Source: Nitrospirota bacterium
GTDB lineage: Bacteria; Nitrospirota; Nitrospiria; Nitrospirales; Nitrospiraceae
DNA: 64,000 nt
Direction: 5' to 3'
Assembly: GCA_963703955.1 (NCBI GenBank)
Contig: CAVPGK010000023.1
Location: 85,117-149,116, forward strand
Numbering within the stretch: position 1 is the stretch's first letter; each line of letters opens with the position of its first letter. The position numbers and the translations under genes are program-made. Under the pieces are notes generated by a model. That model did not search any database. It saw only the letters and a list, made by a program, of their open reading frames with translations, and was not told where the DNA came from. Shown piece after piece: positions 49,528-59,784 of this stretch.

Positions 49528-50898
49528 TCGATGACAACACCCTTAGGAATCCGGACTAGTATGCGTCTGGGTGTAAAGCAGCCGGAGGTGCGCGCCCTCC
49601 TTGGTCGGCTACTCACGGCAGCGGTACACGCCGTGAATCCGACCATCGCCGTGCACCGGTGGGTCAAGCGAAGCGGCCACACGCTCACGGTGGGTCCTCG
49701 ACGATACGACCTTCGACACTATCAACGCGTCGTGGCAGTGGGCGCCGGCAAAGCCTCGGCGTACATGGCGGCCGCGCTGGAAGAGATCCTCGGCAATCGG
49801 TTGACAGGTGGTATGGTCGTCGTGAAATATGGCCACGCTTGCGCCACCAAGACGATCGCTATCTCGGAAGCCGGCCATCCCGTGCCTGATCAAGCCGGAC
49901 AACATGCGGCAGAGCAGTTACAGACGCTGATAGGTGAGCTCTCGCCGAAGGACCTGCTCGTCGTCCTGCTGTCCGGGGGAGCTTCCAGCTTGTTACCAGC
50001 GCCTGTCGCGGGATTGACCTTGACCGATAAACAGCGAGCCACTCAGCTTCTGCTGAGGAGCGGGGCAGTCATTCAGGAGATCAACACCGTTCGGAAGCAT
50101 CTCTCGGCTCTCAAAGGAGGTCGGCTCGCGGCCGCCACTCAAGCGAGGGTTGTGTCGCTCATTCTGTCGGATGTCATCGATGATGATCTGGCCACGATCT
50201 CGTCGGGGCCGACTGCGCCTGATCCGACCACCTATGCTGAGGCATCTCACATCCTTCGCCGCTATGGTATTTGGAATCGTGTGCCGGCCCGCGTGCGGCA
50301 GTATCTGCTCCAGGGAACGCGGGGGCTTCATCCCGACTCCCCCAAGCCCGGCGCGCGGCTGTTCCGGCGTGTGCAGAACCAGATCATCGGGAATAACACT
50401 GCGGCGGTCGAAGCCGTAGCGCACGAGGCCAGACGGTCCGGCTTGCGACCGCTGGTCCTTTCCACGTCGATGACCGGTGAAGCCAGAGAGGCGGCCCGCC
50501 TGTTCGGAGGCATGGCGCGGGAGATCGTCGCCACTGGACGACCGGTCATGCGTCCGGCGTGCGTCATCGCAGGGGGAGAATTCACCGTGTCGGTGCGAGG
50601 CAATGGGAAAGGCGGGCGCGCTCAAGAGTTTGCCTTGGCAGCCGCCGCCGAAATCGCGGAGCTGCCAAACGTCTGGGTGGCCGCGTTCGGGACCGACGGC
50701 ACCGATGGGCCCACCGACGCCGCCGGCGCGGTCGTGGATGGCAGAACGGTTGCCAGAGCCGTTTCTCTTGGACTGGACCCCATGGCCGCCATGGCTCGCA
50801 ACGATGCGTACCCGTTTTTCAAACGGATCGATCAGTTGATTGTGAGCGGTCCGACGGGCACCAACGTCAACGACCTGTATCTACTCATCGTTCTCTAA
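49528..50898 (+). CDS. Glycerate kinase type 2 (MOFRL/TtuD family; start uncertain)
   Basis: GAGKA, EAGHPVPD, LSGGASSL, RKHLS..KGG, TDGTDG, TGTNVND. Confidence 0.94.
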   Translation, partial: SMTTPLGIRTSMRLGVKQPEVRALLGRLLTAAVHAVNPTIAVHRWVKRSGHTLTVGPRRYDLRHYQRVVAVGAGKASAYMAAALEEILGNRLTGGMVVVKYGHACATKTIAISEAGHPVPDQAGQHAAEQLQTLIGELSPKDLLVVLLSGGASSLLPAPVAGLTLTDKQRATQLLLRSGAVIQEINTVRKHLSALKGGRLAAATQARVVSLILSDVIDDDLATISSGPTAPDPTTYAEASHILRRYGIWNRVPARVRQYLLQGTRGLHPDSPKPGARLFRRVQNQIIGNNTAAVEAVAHEARRSGLRPLVLSTSMTGEAREAARLFGGMAREIVATGRPVMRPACVIAGGEFTVSVRGNGKGGRAQEFALAAAAEIAELPNVWVAAFGTDGTDGPTDAAGAVVDGRTVARAVSLGLDPMAAMARNDAYPFFKRIDQLIVSGPTGTNVNDLYLLIVL

Positions 50899-50928
50899 CG
50901 GCTGGGGCATTCCTGCACAAGAAAGCGC

Positions 50929-53574
50929 GTGTCCAAACCATTCATTCTTCCTCTCGAGGTATGTGAAGATCCGGCCCTGGTCGGAGGCAAGGCAGCGAAC
51001 CTGGGTCGCTTGCTCAGGCATGGCTTTCATGTCCCGCCCGGGTTCTGCCTTACGACAGCGGCCTATCAGGAAGCCTTGCACAGCCTCGGGATAAATCCCG
51101 ACACGTACTGGGAGCAGGTGCGGGCTGGGTCTGATTCGGCTCGGAATGACCACCTCGCAGAGATCAGGCGCCGCATTGAAACCATTCCGATCGCGCAGGT
51201 CACGTTGTGGATCGCGGACTGTGAGCTGCTCAGGACTGAGCACATGATCGAAGCGGGCCACGAGCCGCTCTGGGCGGTGCGGTCGTCGGCCTCTCACGAG
51301 GACACACCAAGCGGAACCTTCGCCGGAGTCTATCTCACCAACCTGGGAATTCCCCGCTCCTTGATCGCATCGGCCGTTATTGAGTGCTGGGCGTCAATGT
51401 GGACACCGACTGCGTTCGCGTACCACAACAGGTCTGCCTTCACACGAACGGCTCCCGCCATGGCCGTTCTCGTTCAGCCTCTGCTCTCTCCGCTGGCATC
51501 CGGCGTGGCGTATTCGTTTCATCCGGTCACAGGGCGGTCCGACATCGTGGCGATCAACTCAGTGTACGGTCTCGCTGAGCCTTTGGTCGGCGGACGCGTC
51601 GCACCGGATCACTTTGTGGTGCAGACGGACATTCATTCAGGTCACCTCACCATTCTAGAACGCAACATCGTGGAAAAGACCAGCGCCAGAGTGGCGACCC
51701 ATACCGGCCTGATCGACCAGCCTGTTCCTTCCGATGAGCAATACAAGTCTTCCCTGAACGATCAACGCGTCCTCTCTCTGGCAACACTCACACGACAAGT
51801 TGAGAGAGACTTCGGCAGGGCCGTAGACATCGAATGGGCCATCGATGGCCAAGGCATCTGGCTCCTGCAGGCGAGACCGATCTTGCACAACGTCGGCGCA
51901 TCCGGTCTGACCGAAAGCGCCTGTGTCTGGTCACGCGCCAATTTCAAGGAAACGCTTCCTGAGGTTCCCAGCCCATTGGGACTATCATTTTTTCGAGAAT
52001 TCATGGAGTCAAACATTGTGCGCCATTATCGAGAGCTCGGGTGCATCATTCCTCACGGGCTCTCATCAGTCCGGCTTATCCAAGGTCGGCCCTACATCAA
52101 CCTGACCCTCTTCCAGTCGTTCATTGCGCAGCTGGCCGGTGATCCGACTCACATTGCCGACCAGATGGGGGGTCAGCCGCACCCTATGCCGATCGGCGGT
52201 CCTCCGCGTATGGCCTGGTGGAAACTGCTCCGGGCTGGGGTGCTTGCGGAGTGGAAAATCAGGCGCGCGGCCAGGCGGGCGCCGGCATGGTTCGCGGAGA
52301 TGAAGCAGATCGGACAGGCCCCTGATCATTCAATCGCCGGACTGTCCCCGGCCGACCTGCGGGCTCGCATGGATCGTTCAGGGAAGCGCCTTCATGAGGG
52401 CGACATGACCTTTGCCATCGTGGCCGGCGTATCACAGGGATTTCAGGCCTTGAATTGGCTCCTCGAGCGTCGGATTGGGACCGGCTGGAGGTCGCTTCTA
52501 AACGCCTCCCTACAAGGCCTAGGGAACGTCATCAGCGCGAAGCAAATTCTTTGGCTGGTCGAGCTTGCTGAGCAGGCGGGAGAGGAACAGGCCGTTCGCG
52601 AGTTCTTGTCGGAGGAGCCGTGGAAACCGGACCAATTCCGCATTCGGCTCGCCGGCACACGTTTCCTCCGCGCGTTGGATGAGTATATGAGCGAATACGG
52701 CCATCGCGGCCTGGCTGAATCAGACATCATCTCTCCGCGTTTCGCTGAGATCCCGGATTACGTATTGGGGGTGATCAGAGGCCACCTGCTGAATCCAGGC
52801 ACTCACTCCGCGGCGAGCATTCGACGTGAACAGGAGGCCGCTCGGAGAGAGGCCTTGCAGCGCATTCGAAGCGCTTTTGGTTGGCGATGTCATGAGCGGG
52901 CCTTTTTCAATTGGTGGCACCGGCGGCTGGCTCGTTATCTGGCTTTGCGCGAAGCCAACCGTCATCACTTGATGTATTTCACGGCCGCAGTCAGACGGCT
53001 CACGCGCATGATAGGGGAACGCCTTGCCGCCGCCGGCATCCTCCAATCCAAGGACGACATGTTCTTCCTGACTGCCGATGAAATGGACGCGGTTGTGGGC
53101 AGTAACGCGCGTGACTGGAAGAGCCTTGTTATGGCACGTCTGGCAGACCAGGCGGAGAACGCCCGGCATGCCGTGCCAGATTCCGTGATCGGTCTGACAA
53201 ACGCGATCCCACCCGTCACACCCGGCAAGGCGAACGCGACATTGATCGGTCTTCCCATCAGCGCCGGCTTCGCCGAAGGTCCTGTCCGTCTCGTGCTTTC
53301 CCAAGAAGATATCCGACAAGTCATGCGTGGAGATATTCTCGTCGTATCGGTCATTGATCCCGGCATCGCGCCGGTTCTGGGAATGGCGGCAGGCCTTATT
53401 GTTGAAATGGGAGGCATTCTCTCGCACGGCGCCATCATCGCCCGAGAGTACGGCATACCGGCCGTGGCCAACGTGCCGGGCGTGACCCGGTTGCTCAAGG
53501 ATGGAGAACGGGTCGCGGTGGATGCCGGAATGGGAGAGATTCGTCGGGTTGGTAGCACATGCTTCCTGAGCTAG
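50929..53574 (+). CDS. PEP-utilising enzyme with rifampin-phosphotransferase-like architecture
   Basis: VGGKAANL, AVRSSA..ED...FAG, DIEWA, LQARP; large central domain; C-terminal GGILSHGAIIAREYGIPAV. Confidence 0.9.
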   Translation: MSKPFILPLEVCEDPALVGGKAANLGRLLRHGFHVPPGFCLTTAAYQEALHSLGINPDTYWEQVRAGSDSARNDHLAEIRRRIETIPIAQVTLWIADCELLRTEHMIEAGHEPLWAVRSSASHEDTPSGTFAGVYLTNLGIPRSLIASAVIECWASMWTPTAFAYHNRSAFTRTAPAMAVLVQPLLSPLASGVAYSFHPVTGRSDIVAINSVYGLAEPLVGGRVAPDHFVVQTDIHSGHLTILERNIVEKTSARVATHTGLIDQPVPSDEQYKSSLNDQRVLSLATLTRQVERDFGRAVDIEWAIDGQGIWLLQARPILHNVGASGLTESACVWSRANFKETLPEVPSPLGLSFFREFMESNIVRHYRELGCIIPHGLSSVRLIQGRPYINLTLFQSFIAQLAGDPTHIADQMGGQPHPMPIGGPPRMAWWKLLRAGVLAEWKIRRAARRAPAWFAEMKQIGQAPDHSIAGLSPADLRARMDRSGKRLHEGDMTFAIVAGVSQGFQALNWLLERRIGTGWRSLLNASLQGLGNVISAKQILWLVELAEQAGEEQAVREFLSEEPWKPDQFRIRLAGTRFLRALDEYMSEYGHRGLAESDIISPRFAEIPDYVLGVIRGHLLNPGTHSAASIRREQEAARREALQRIRSAFGWRCHERAFFNWWHRRLARYLALREANRHHLMYFTAAVRRLTRMIGERLAAAGILQSKDDMFFLTADEMDAVVGSNARDWKSLVMARLADQAENARHAVPDSVIGLTNAIPPVTPGKANATLIGLPISAGFAEGPVRLVLSQEDIRQVMRGDILVVSVIDPGIAPVLGMAAGLIVEMGGILSHGAIIAREYGIPAVANVPGVTRLLKDGERVAVDAGMGEIRRVGSTCFLS

Positions 53575-53586
53575 TGACGTTCCAAC

Positions 53587-54369
53587 TCAATTGAACACAG
53601 CAAGCACTTCGTCCAACGAGCGAATCGTGCCCACCAACGTCGGGCTCCCGAACCGACGGTTGTGGCGATTCTCCTTGACCTGCTCGAGCGCGATGATCAG
53701 ATTGTGAAAATCGTCTAGTTTAGCAGTTTCGAAATAGGTGATGAAGTCAAAATCATCCAACCCGCTTGAGTGATAGAGCTTCCGCTTGACCGTTTTGAGA
53801 TAGGGAGCGCTCGCCTCCGTGTGTTCCTTCATCAACGTCATACGAGCATTCTGATCCAAGAGCCACCACTCGGCATCTTTCCGAATCGGAATCACGATCG
53901 CGTACGGTTTCGGTCCCGGCTCCGTGGGTGTCTTCAGGACCGTCTTAAGCTCATCCGGAAAGCCGGGGGCGTAATTCGCCTTCTTCGTTATCCCATTGAA
54001 GGTGGAAACATTCTTGAGGTGATTTCCCATTACGGTGCTCATCAGATCCACCAGGAAGTTTTGACTATCCACCAGCTCTGCGGCGTGGAGTCGGACGAAA
54101 AAGTCGGATCTGTCTGAAAGCCCGCGCGACAAATAGGTTTCGATCGCAATCTTCTCACCGTGCTTCTGAAACACCTCTTTGACTGCCGTCACGGCGGAAG
54201 CCCGTGTCGCCTTGTCCATCTTCCACCAGTCGTCATCGATCTGAAAGACGGCAAAGGTCCCATACACCCCCGCATCGGACAGCAACTTCTCACGATCGGA
54301 CGCTTGACTCATTTCGGTGAATCCCATGACTCCATAGATAAGAACGACCAATGCCATCATGCGTGTCAT
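53587..54369 (-). CDS. cld: Chlorite dismutase (long, periplasmic, Nitrospira-type)
   Basis: Signal peptide, DREKLL..GVYGTF, IPIRKDAEWW, proximal His in KEHT, distal Arg in VKRKLYHS, DFITYFET. Confidence 0.93.
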   Translation of the reverse strand: MTRMMALVVLIYGVMGFTEMSQASDREKLLSDAGVYGTFAVFQIDDDWWKMDKATRASAVTAVKEVFQKHGEKIAIETYLSRGLSDRSDFFVRLHAAELVDSQNFLVDLMSTVMGNHLKNVSTFNGITKKANYAPGFPDELKTVLKTPTEPGPKPYAIVIPIRKDAEWWLLDQNARMTLMKEHTEASAPYLKTVKRKLYHSSGLDDFDFITYFETAKLDDFHNLIIALEQVKENRHNRRFGSPTLVGTIRSLDEVLAVFN

Positions 54370-54523
54370 GTCTTGCTCCTGTCTTGGATGACGATCCCGA
54401 CCTGCCGGCGCCTCATTTTAGCAGAATCTCTAGGCCGGCACTTCCTTGACGTGTGTGCTGCGATTCCCGTACTCTTGCTTTCGGCATCAAGGCCACCCAA
54501 CGCGAGGGTCGAAGAGTCGTCAT

Positions 54524-55909
54524 ATGATGGATGTCATGCCATTGTCAGTCGGGCTTTCAATCGGCCTTCTCCTCGGCGCCATTATTACCGGATTATGGAC
54601 CGCCGCGCGCCTTCGTGCCGAGGTGCAAGCGCGTCTCATCGAAGCGGCCGAACGCGCGGAGCGCGCCGAAGTGGAAGCGGACGAACTCAGAAAACAAATC
54701 GCGACGGAGCGCGCCGAATTAATTCAGGTCCGTCAGGCATTAGCTCAGGCTCATCATGCGCAGGCCGTAGCGGAAACCCGGGTCGAAGAGACCGCAAAGA
54801 ATTTGCACGAGCAAAAAGCGCTGTTGGCTGAAGCACGCCACGAATTAGCCGAGAGTTTTCGATCCCTTTCGGGGGAGGCGCTCAAGACGAACAATGAGGT
54901 ATTTCTCGATCTAGCCAAAGCCTCATTCGGAACCTTGCAGGTTGAAGCTAAGGGAGAATTGGCGCAGCGCCAACAGGCGATCGACGATCTCGTCAAGCCG
55001 CTCCATGACTCGCTCAAGCGCTACGACGAGCAGCTTCGTCTCATGGAGAGTTCCCGCCAGTCCGCCTACGGCGGACTGGATCAGCACCTCAAACAACTGA
55101 CCGAATCTTATCAGCGCCTACAGCAGGCAACCGGCAATCTCGTCAACGCCCTGCGCGCGCCCAGCGTTCGGGGTCGATGGGGTGAAATTACCCTTAAGCG
55201 GGTGGCGGAGTTGGCCGGCATGGTGTGCCATTGTGATTTCGTCGAGCAGGAGAGCGTCGAAACCGATGAAGGCCGTCTCCGGCCCGACATGATCATTCGG
55301 CTCCCCGGTGGTCGTCACATCGTCGTGGATGCGAAAGCGGTGCTCTCGGCGTATTTAGAGGCGCATGAAGCGGCGGATGAAGCGCAACGGCTCGAGAGAC
55401 TACGCCGCCATGCCGGCCAGGTTCGGATGCGCATGGACCAGTTGAGTGCCAAAGCATATTGGAATCAATTCACTCAGACCCCGGAGATCGTCGTGCTGTT
55501 CTTGCCGGGCGAACATTTTCTCGCGGCGGCCTTGGAGCAGGATCCCGGCTTGAGCGAAGACGGCTATGCGCGCCGGGTCATCATCGCGACCCCGAACACG
55601 CTGATCGCGCTCTTACACGCCGCCGCGTACGGCTGGCGACAGGAGCAGCTCAGTGAGAACGCACAAGTGGCTGGGCAGCTCGGGAAAGATCTGTATGAGC
55701 GGATGGCCGTGCTGGCTGAGCACTTGGATACCGTCGGCCAAACATTGGAGAAAAGCGTGCAAGCCTACAACAGGGCCGTGGGATCACTGGAGACGCGGAT
55801 CCTGCCCGCAGCCAGAAAATTTAAGGAGTTGGGGATCGCCTCGGACAAGGAGCTACCGCAGCTGGACCCTATTGAATCCGCCCCGCGGCCGGTCCCTCCG
55901 GTGGAGTGA
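54524..55909 (+). CDS. rmuC: DNA recombination protein RmuC
   Basis: TM plus coiled coil, RGRWGE..L, RPD...LPG...VVDAK, LFLPGE, ATP.TL..LL. Confidence 0.95.
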   Translation: MMDVMPLSVGLSIGLLLGAIITGLWTAARLRAEVQARLIEAAERAERAEVEADELRKQIATERAELIQVRQALAQAHHAQAVAETRVEETAKNLHEQKALLAEARHELAESFRSLSGEALKTNNEVFLDLAKASFGTLQVEAKGELAQRQQAIDDLVKPLHDSLKRYDEQLRLMESSRQSAYGGLDQHLKQLTESYQRLQQATGNLVNALRAPSVRGRWGEITLKRVAELAGMVCHCDFVEQESVETDEGRLRPDMIIRLPGGRHIVVDAKAVLSAYLEAHEAADEAQRLERLRRHAGQVRMRMDQLSAKAYWNQFTQTPEIVVLFLPGEHFLAAALEQDPGLSEDGYARRVIIATPNTLIALLHAAAYGWRQEQLSENAQVAGQLGKDLYERMAVLAEHLDTVGQTLEKSVQAYNRAVGSLETRILPAARKFKELGIASDKELPQLDPIESAPRPVPPVE

Positions 55910-55973
55910 GGAAGGAAGGGGTAGTCCGACCGCCCTTTGCGAGACAAGTTAGAAGGAAAGGAGAGGGATATTT

Positions 55974-56354
55974 ATGACTGGTGAGCAGGGCATGGTGGCG
56001 GAATTCCATCGGAAGTTCGATATTGTCCTTGGGTCGAGCCCGGCAATCCCTGACGAATCCACATGTTTGTTGAGACTCAGGCTGATACAGGAAGAGTTGG
56101 ACGAATTAAGGGACGCCCTTGGACATGGTCATCTTCCTGCTGTCGCAAAAGAATTGGCGGATCTCCTGTATGTGGTCTATGGGACGGCCGTTTCCTGCGG
56201 CATCGACATGGAACCGGTATTCCGGGAAGTGCACAGATCCAACATGACGAAGATCGGAGGCCATAAACGCGAGGACGGGAAATGGGTGAAACCGGCCCAT
56301 TATTCACCTGCCTCACTTGATGAGATCTTGACTGCTCAGGGTTCTTCGGTTTAG
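55974..56354 (+). CDS. MazG-like/PRA-PH nucleotide pyrophosphohydrolase
   Basis: EFH, LIQEELDEL, KELADLLYVVYG, VHRSNMTK, REDGK..KP. Confidence 0.88.
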   Translation: MTGEQGMVAEFHRKFDIVLGSSPAIPDESTCLLRLRLIQEELDELRDALGHGHLPAVAKELADLLYVVYGTAVSCGIDMEPVFREVHRSNMTKIGGHKREDGKWVKPAHYSPASLDEILTAQGSSV

Positions 56355-56395
56355 GGTATATGCTTACTCTAGGGTTGCGCCTGATAGAGGTGAGA

Positions 56396-56905
56396 ATGCC
56401 GAAATGCCCGCAGTGTGGAACAGACGCCGTGCGACGGATCCGCGAAGGTGGCGCCGTTGAACGTCTGTTCAGCCTGGTACGTCGGTACTCGTTTCGATGC
56501 CAACTCTGCACGCACGGTTTTAGAGCCTTTTCGCTCCTCTCCCGACTTCCGAAAACCGAGCGGCGACAGTACGACCGCCTTCCCACCGAGGTTCGAGCGA
56601 CGGTCATGGGGAAGACATTGCGCGGGGATGATCTGGTCACAGATCTCTCCATGGGCGGCTGCAGTCTGAAAACCAACGCTCCTCTCGCCACGGGAGCGCT
56701 CCTTCATCTTGGGCTTCAGCCTTCCGACCGCGAACGGCCGATTATGATTCAGACCGTAATCGTTCGATCCGTAAATGCTGACTCACTCGGGCTAGAATTT
56801 CTGGACTTCGAGCCGAGACAGAAACGCTACCTCAGCCGATTCATCCGTTACCTGAGCGTATCTCCCGTCAAGGAGTCTGAATCTCGCCTCTCCGTGAAAG
56901 CCTGA
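56396..56905 (+). CDS. Zinc-ribbon plus PilZ domain protein
   Basis: CPQC…CQLC, then RRQYDR and DLSMGGC, GLEF. Confidence 0.85.
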   Translation: MPKCPQCGTDAVRRIREGGAVERLFSLVRRYSFRCQLCTHGFRAFSLLSRLPKTERRQYDRLPTEVRATVMGKTLRGDDLVTDLSMGGCSLKTNAPLATGALLHLGLQPSDRERPIMIQTVIVRSVNADSLGLEFLDFEPRQKRYLSRFIRYLSVSPVKESESRLSVKA

Positions 56906-56953
56906 GCTTCCCACGCCATCGGCCTTGGCGTGAGCAAAGTGCGCGTCCGATCT

Positions 56954-57838
56954 TCACCTGACATCAACATTGCGGATGGTCGGATTGCCTTTCACCGTCA
57001 CAAGTAAATTATCGATAAGACGAACGCGACCGATCCGGATCGCCCCGAGCAGGACAGCGTTCTTGGTTATGTGGTTGATTGGCTCCAGGGTCATTGGATC
57101 GCAAACCGAGAGGTAATCAATGTGAATGGATGGCTCCACGTACAACCGCTTCAACATCGCGGCACGGACCCGAGCACCAGATCGTATCCCTGCTTTCAGA
57201 GCCTCTCTTCCAGCCTGGAGCGCCTGGTACAGCGTCGGAGCGACACGTCGCTGGCTTGCGGAGAGATAGACATTTCGGGAGCTCATCGCGAGGCCGTCCG
57301 GTTCTCGCACGGTGGGATGGATCACCACCTGTGCGCCGAGGCTGAGATCTTCCACCAGTTGTCGGACAAGGGTGGCCTGTTGGATATCCTTTTGACCGAA
57401 GAATGCCTTGTGAGGCCTGGCCAAGCTGAGCAACTTCGTCACGACGGTCGCCACGCCTGCGAAATGTGTCGGTCGATGCGCTCCTTCCCATCGTCGCGAG
57501 AGCCGTTCCACTGAGACCGACGTTTGAAAGCTCGGCGGGTACATCATGTCGCGTGACGGCGCAAACAGGACATCGACCCCTTCCGAACGACACAAGGCGG
57601 CGTCCGGCTTGACTTGCCGTGGATAGCGAGCAAGGTCCTCTCTCTTCCCAAACTGTCGAGGGTTGACGAAGAGGCTCACTGCCACAGCATCACAGGACAA
57701 GCGCGCCGCCCTGATCAGAGATCGATGCCCCTCGTGGAGAGCGCCCATCGTCGGAACCAGGCCGATGATCACGCCCTCTCGGTGGAGCGCTTGGCTCCAT
57801 GACGAGAGGCCTCGTACGGTTCGAATGATGTTCATCAA
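56954..57838 (-). CDS. panC: Pantoate-beta-alanine ligase
   Basis: VPTMGALHEGH, FVNP.QF, RPTHFAGV, FGQKD.QQ, GLAMSSRN, RLIDN. Confidence 0.98.
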   Translation of the reverse strand: MMNIIRTVRGLSSWSQALHREGVIIGLVPTMGALHEGHRSLIRAARLSCDAVAVSLFVNPRQFGKREDLARYPRQVKPDAALCRSEGVDVLFAPSRDMMYPPSFQTSVSVERLSRRWEGAHRPTHFAGVATVVTKLLSLARPHKAFFGQKDIQQATLVRQLVEDLSLGAQVVIHPTVREPDGLAMSSRNVYLSASQRRVAPTLYQALQAGREALKAGIRSGARVRAAMLKRLYVEPSIHIDYLSVCDPMTLEPINHITKNAVLLGAIRIGRVRLIDNLLVTVKGNPTIRNVDVR

Positions 57839-58407
57839 GCGGGGGGACGCCGATCGCTGCAGGTGGGGCGAGCACCATACCGTGAACCGCGAGGAGGTTC
57901 TACTCGGCGGACCTGCGCGCGATCGTCGACATGATCAAGCAGGTCCTCCATGGTCCGCTCCAAAACGGGATGGCGCCAGGCAGGGTCCAACTCGACTATC
58001 GGCGCCAGCACAAAGCGCCTCAGGTGCAGTCGAGGATGCGGAACGATCAGATCATTCTCATTGATCACGCGAGACCCATAAAAGAGTATGTCCAGATCCA
58101 ACGTCCGTAGTCCGTTCCGTTTGTCATGATCGCGGCCAAGCGCCTGTTCGACTTCGCGACACACCTCAAGCAAACTCCGTGGGGTCAAGTCTGTCTCAAG
58201 GCTCACGACACCGTTCAGAAACCACTCCGTCCCCGGATTCGTTCTCGCATCAACGACCGGCTCCGTCTCATACAGCGAGGATACCGCCGTGACCTGCGAG
58301 TTCGGCAGCAGGCTCAGCAGGGTCACCGCCCGATCACAATAATCGAACCGATCTCCCTGATTCGACCCAAACCCGATGTAGACCGTTTCCCTAGTCTTCC
58401 GATTCAC
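57835..58407 (-). CDS. folK: 2-amino-4-hydroxy-6-hydroxymethyldihydropteridine pyrophosphokinase
   Basis: YIG.GSN, SSLYETEP, FLN, RTLDLDIL, PHPR...RRFVL.P; GTG start with AGGAGG RBS. Confidence 0.95.
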   Translation of the reverse strand: MNRKTRETVYIGFGSNQGDRFDYCDRAVTLLSLLPNSQVTAVSSLYETEPVVDARTNPGTEWFLNGVVSLETDLTPRSLLEVCREVEQALGRDHDKRNGLRTLDLDILFYGSRVINENDLIVPHPRLHLRRFVLAPIVELDPAWRHPVLERTMEDLLDHVDDRAQVRRVEPPRGSRYGARPTCSDRRPPA

Positions 58408-58437
58408 TTCTCCTCCTTGCGGTTGAGAGCCAATTCT

Positions 58438-58605
58438 GAAGGGCTGGCTGGGGGAGACTCCTAATGCGCGCGTCGAGCGAGCGCCTTTCGAGTGTGCGCG
58501 CTCTGCGAGGTGCGCGACGCGACGATAAGGAGCGTCACGTTTGCGCACGCCGGCGAGTTGGTGAGCCGGCGGTGTCTTGGCGAGCCAGAACAGCCCCCAC
58601 CCCTT
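58438..58605. repeat. Composite intergenic element (module B plus module C)
   Basis: 58463-58508 matches the reverse complement of 21392-21437; 58505-58579 matches the reverse complement of 35763-35837. Confidence 0.85.
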
Positions 58606-58608
58606 CGA

Positions 58609-59784
58609 CTAGAATCCTACCTTCTTGATCCGCTCGACCGCCTCCCCCAACCGCTCCTTCGACGTCGTCAATGTCATCCGAATGTATCCTTCGCCCGGTT
58701 CGCCGAATCCATTGCCCGGCGTCGTGACAATCCCTGCTTTCTCCAGCAGGTGAGCTGTGAACGACGTGGAGGTATAGCCCTTCGGCACGGTGATCCAGAC
58801 ATAGAAAGCCGCCGGCGGCGAGTCGACGTCGAGCCCAAGGCGTTTCAGCCCGGGAATGAGCACGTCGCGCCGCTCCTGATAAATTTTCCGCAACCCGTCC
58901 GTGACGTGATCGTCCAACTGCAACGCGGTAATCCCGGCCTCTTGCACCGCCTGGAAGACACCTGAATCAAGATTGCTCTTCACCTTCCCCAGACCCGCCA
59001 AAACCTGTTTGTTGCCCACCGCGAAGCCGATCCGCCATCCGGTCATGTTGAACGTCTTCGACAGGGAATGAAACTCGATCCCGACATCTTTCGCGCCATC
59101 GACTTCCAAGAAACTGGCCGGGCGACGGCCGTCGTAGAAGATTTCGGAGTACGCCGCGTCATGGCAGACGATGATCCGGTGCTCCAGCGCAAAGGCCACC
59201 ACTCGCGTGAAAAAGTCTTTGTCGGCCACGACGGACGTGGGATTGTTCGGAGAATTCAGAAACATCAGCTTTGCCTGTCGAGCCACGTCCTTGGGGATCG
59301 CCGTGAGATCCGGCAGAAACCCGTTTTGTTTGAGCAACGGCATGACATACGGCACACCTCCCGCGAAGCTGGTGCCCACCGGGTACACGGGATAGCCGGG
59401 GCTGGGAACCAAGACGATATCGCCGGGGTCCACAAAGGCCAGCGGCACATGCCCGATCCCTTCCTTGGACCCGATCAGCGTCAGCACTTCGGATGCCGGG
59501 TCCAGCGAGACACCGAATCGTCGCGTATACCACTCGGCGACCGCCCGTCGAAAGGACATCAGGCCTTCGTACGAGGGGTATTGATGATTCTTGGGATCGG
59601 CAGCCGCTTGTTTCAGCCGCTCGATGATCGGCGAGGGGGTCGGCAGATCCGGGTCACCGATGCCCAGATTGATAATATCCACCCCGCGGGCAATGGCTTG
59701 TTGTTTCATCTCGTCGATCGCCGCAAACAGGTAGGGGGGAAGGGTCTTAATGCGTCCTGCCAAGACAATAGGAAATCCGGCCAT
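58609..59784 (-). CDS. dapL: LL-diaminopimelate aminotransferase (class I/II PLP aminotransferase)
   Basis: [46 protein letters not shown]. Confidence 0.88.
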   Translation of the reverse strand: MAGFPIVLAGRIKTLPPYLFAAIDEMKQQAIARGVDIINLGIGDPDLPTPSPIIERLKQAAADPKNHQYPSYEGLMSFRRAVAEWYTRRFGVSLDPASEVLTLIGSKEGIGHVPLAFVDPGDIVLVPSPGYPVYPVGTSFAGGVPYVMPLLKQNGFLPDLTAIPKDVARQAKLMFLNSPNNPTSVVADKDFFTRVVAFALEHRIIVCHDAAYSEIFYDGRRPASFLEVDGAKDVGIEFHSLSKTFNMTGWRIGFAVGNKQVLAGLGKVKSNLDSGVFQAVQEAGITALQLDDHVTDGLRKIYQERRDVLIPGLKRLGLDVDSPPAAFYVWITVPKGYTSTSFTAHLLEKAGIVTTPGNGFGEPGEGYIRMTLTTSKERLGEAVERIKKVGF

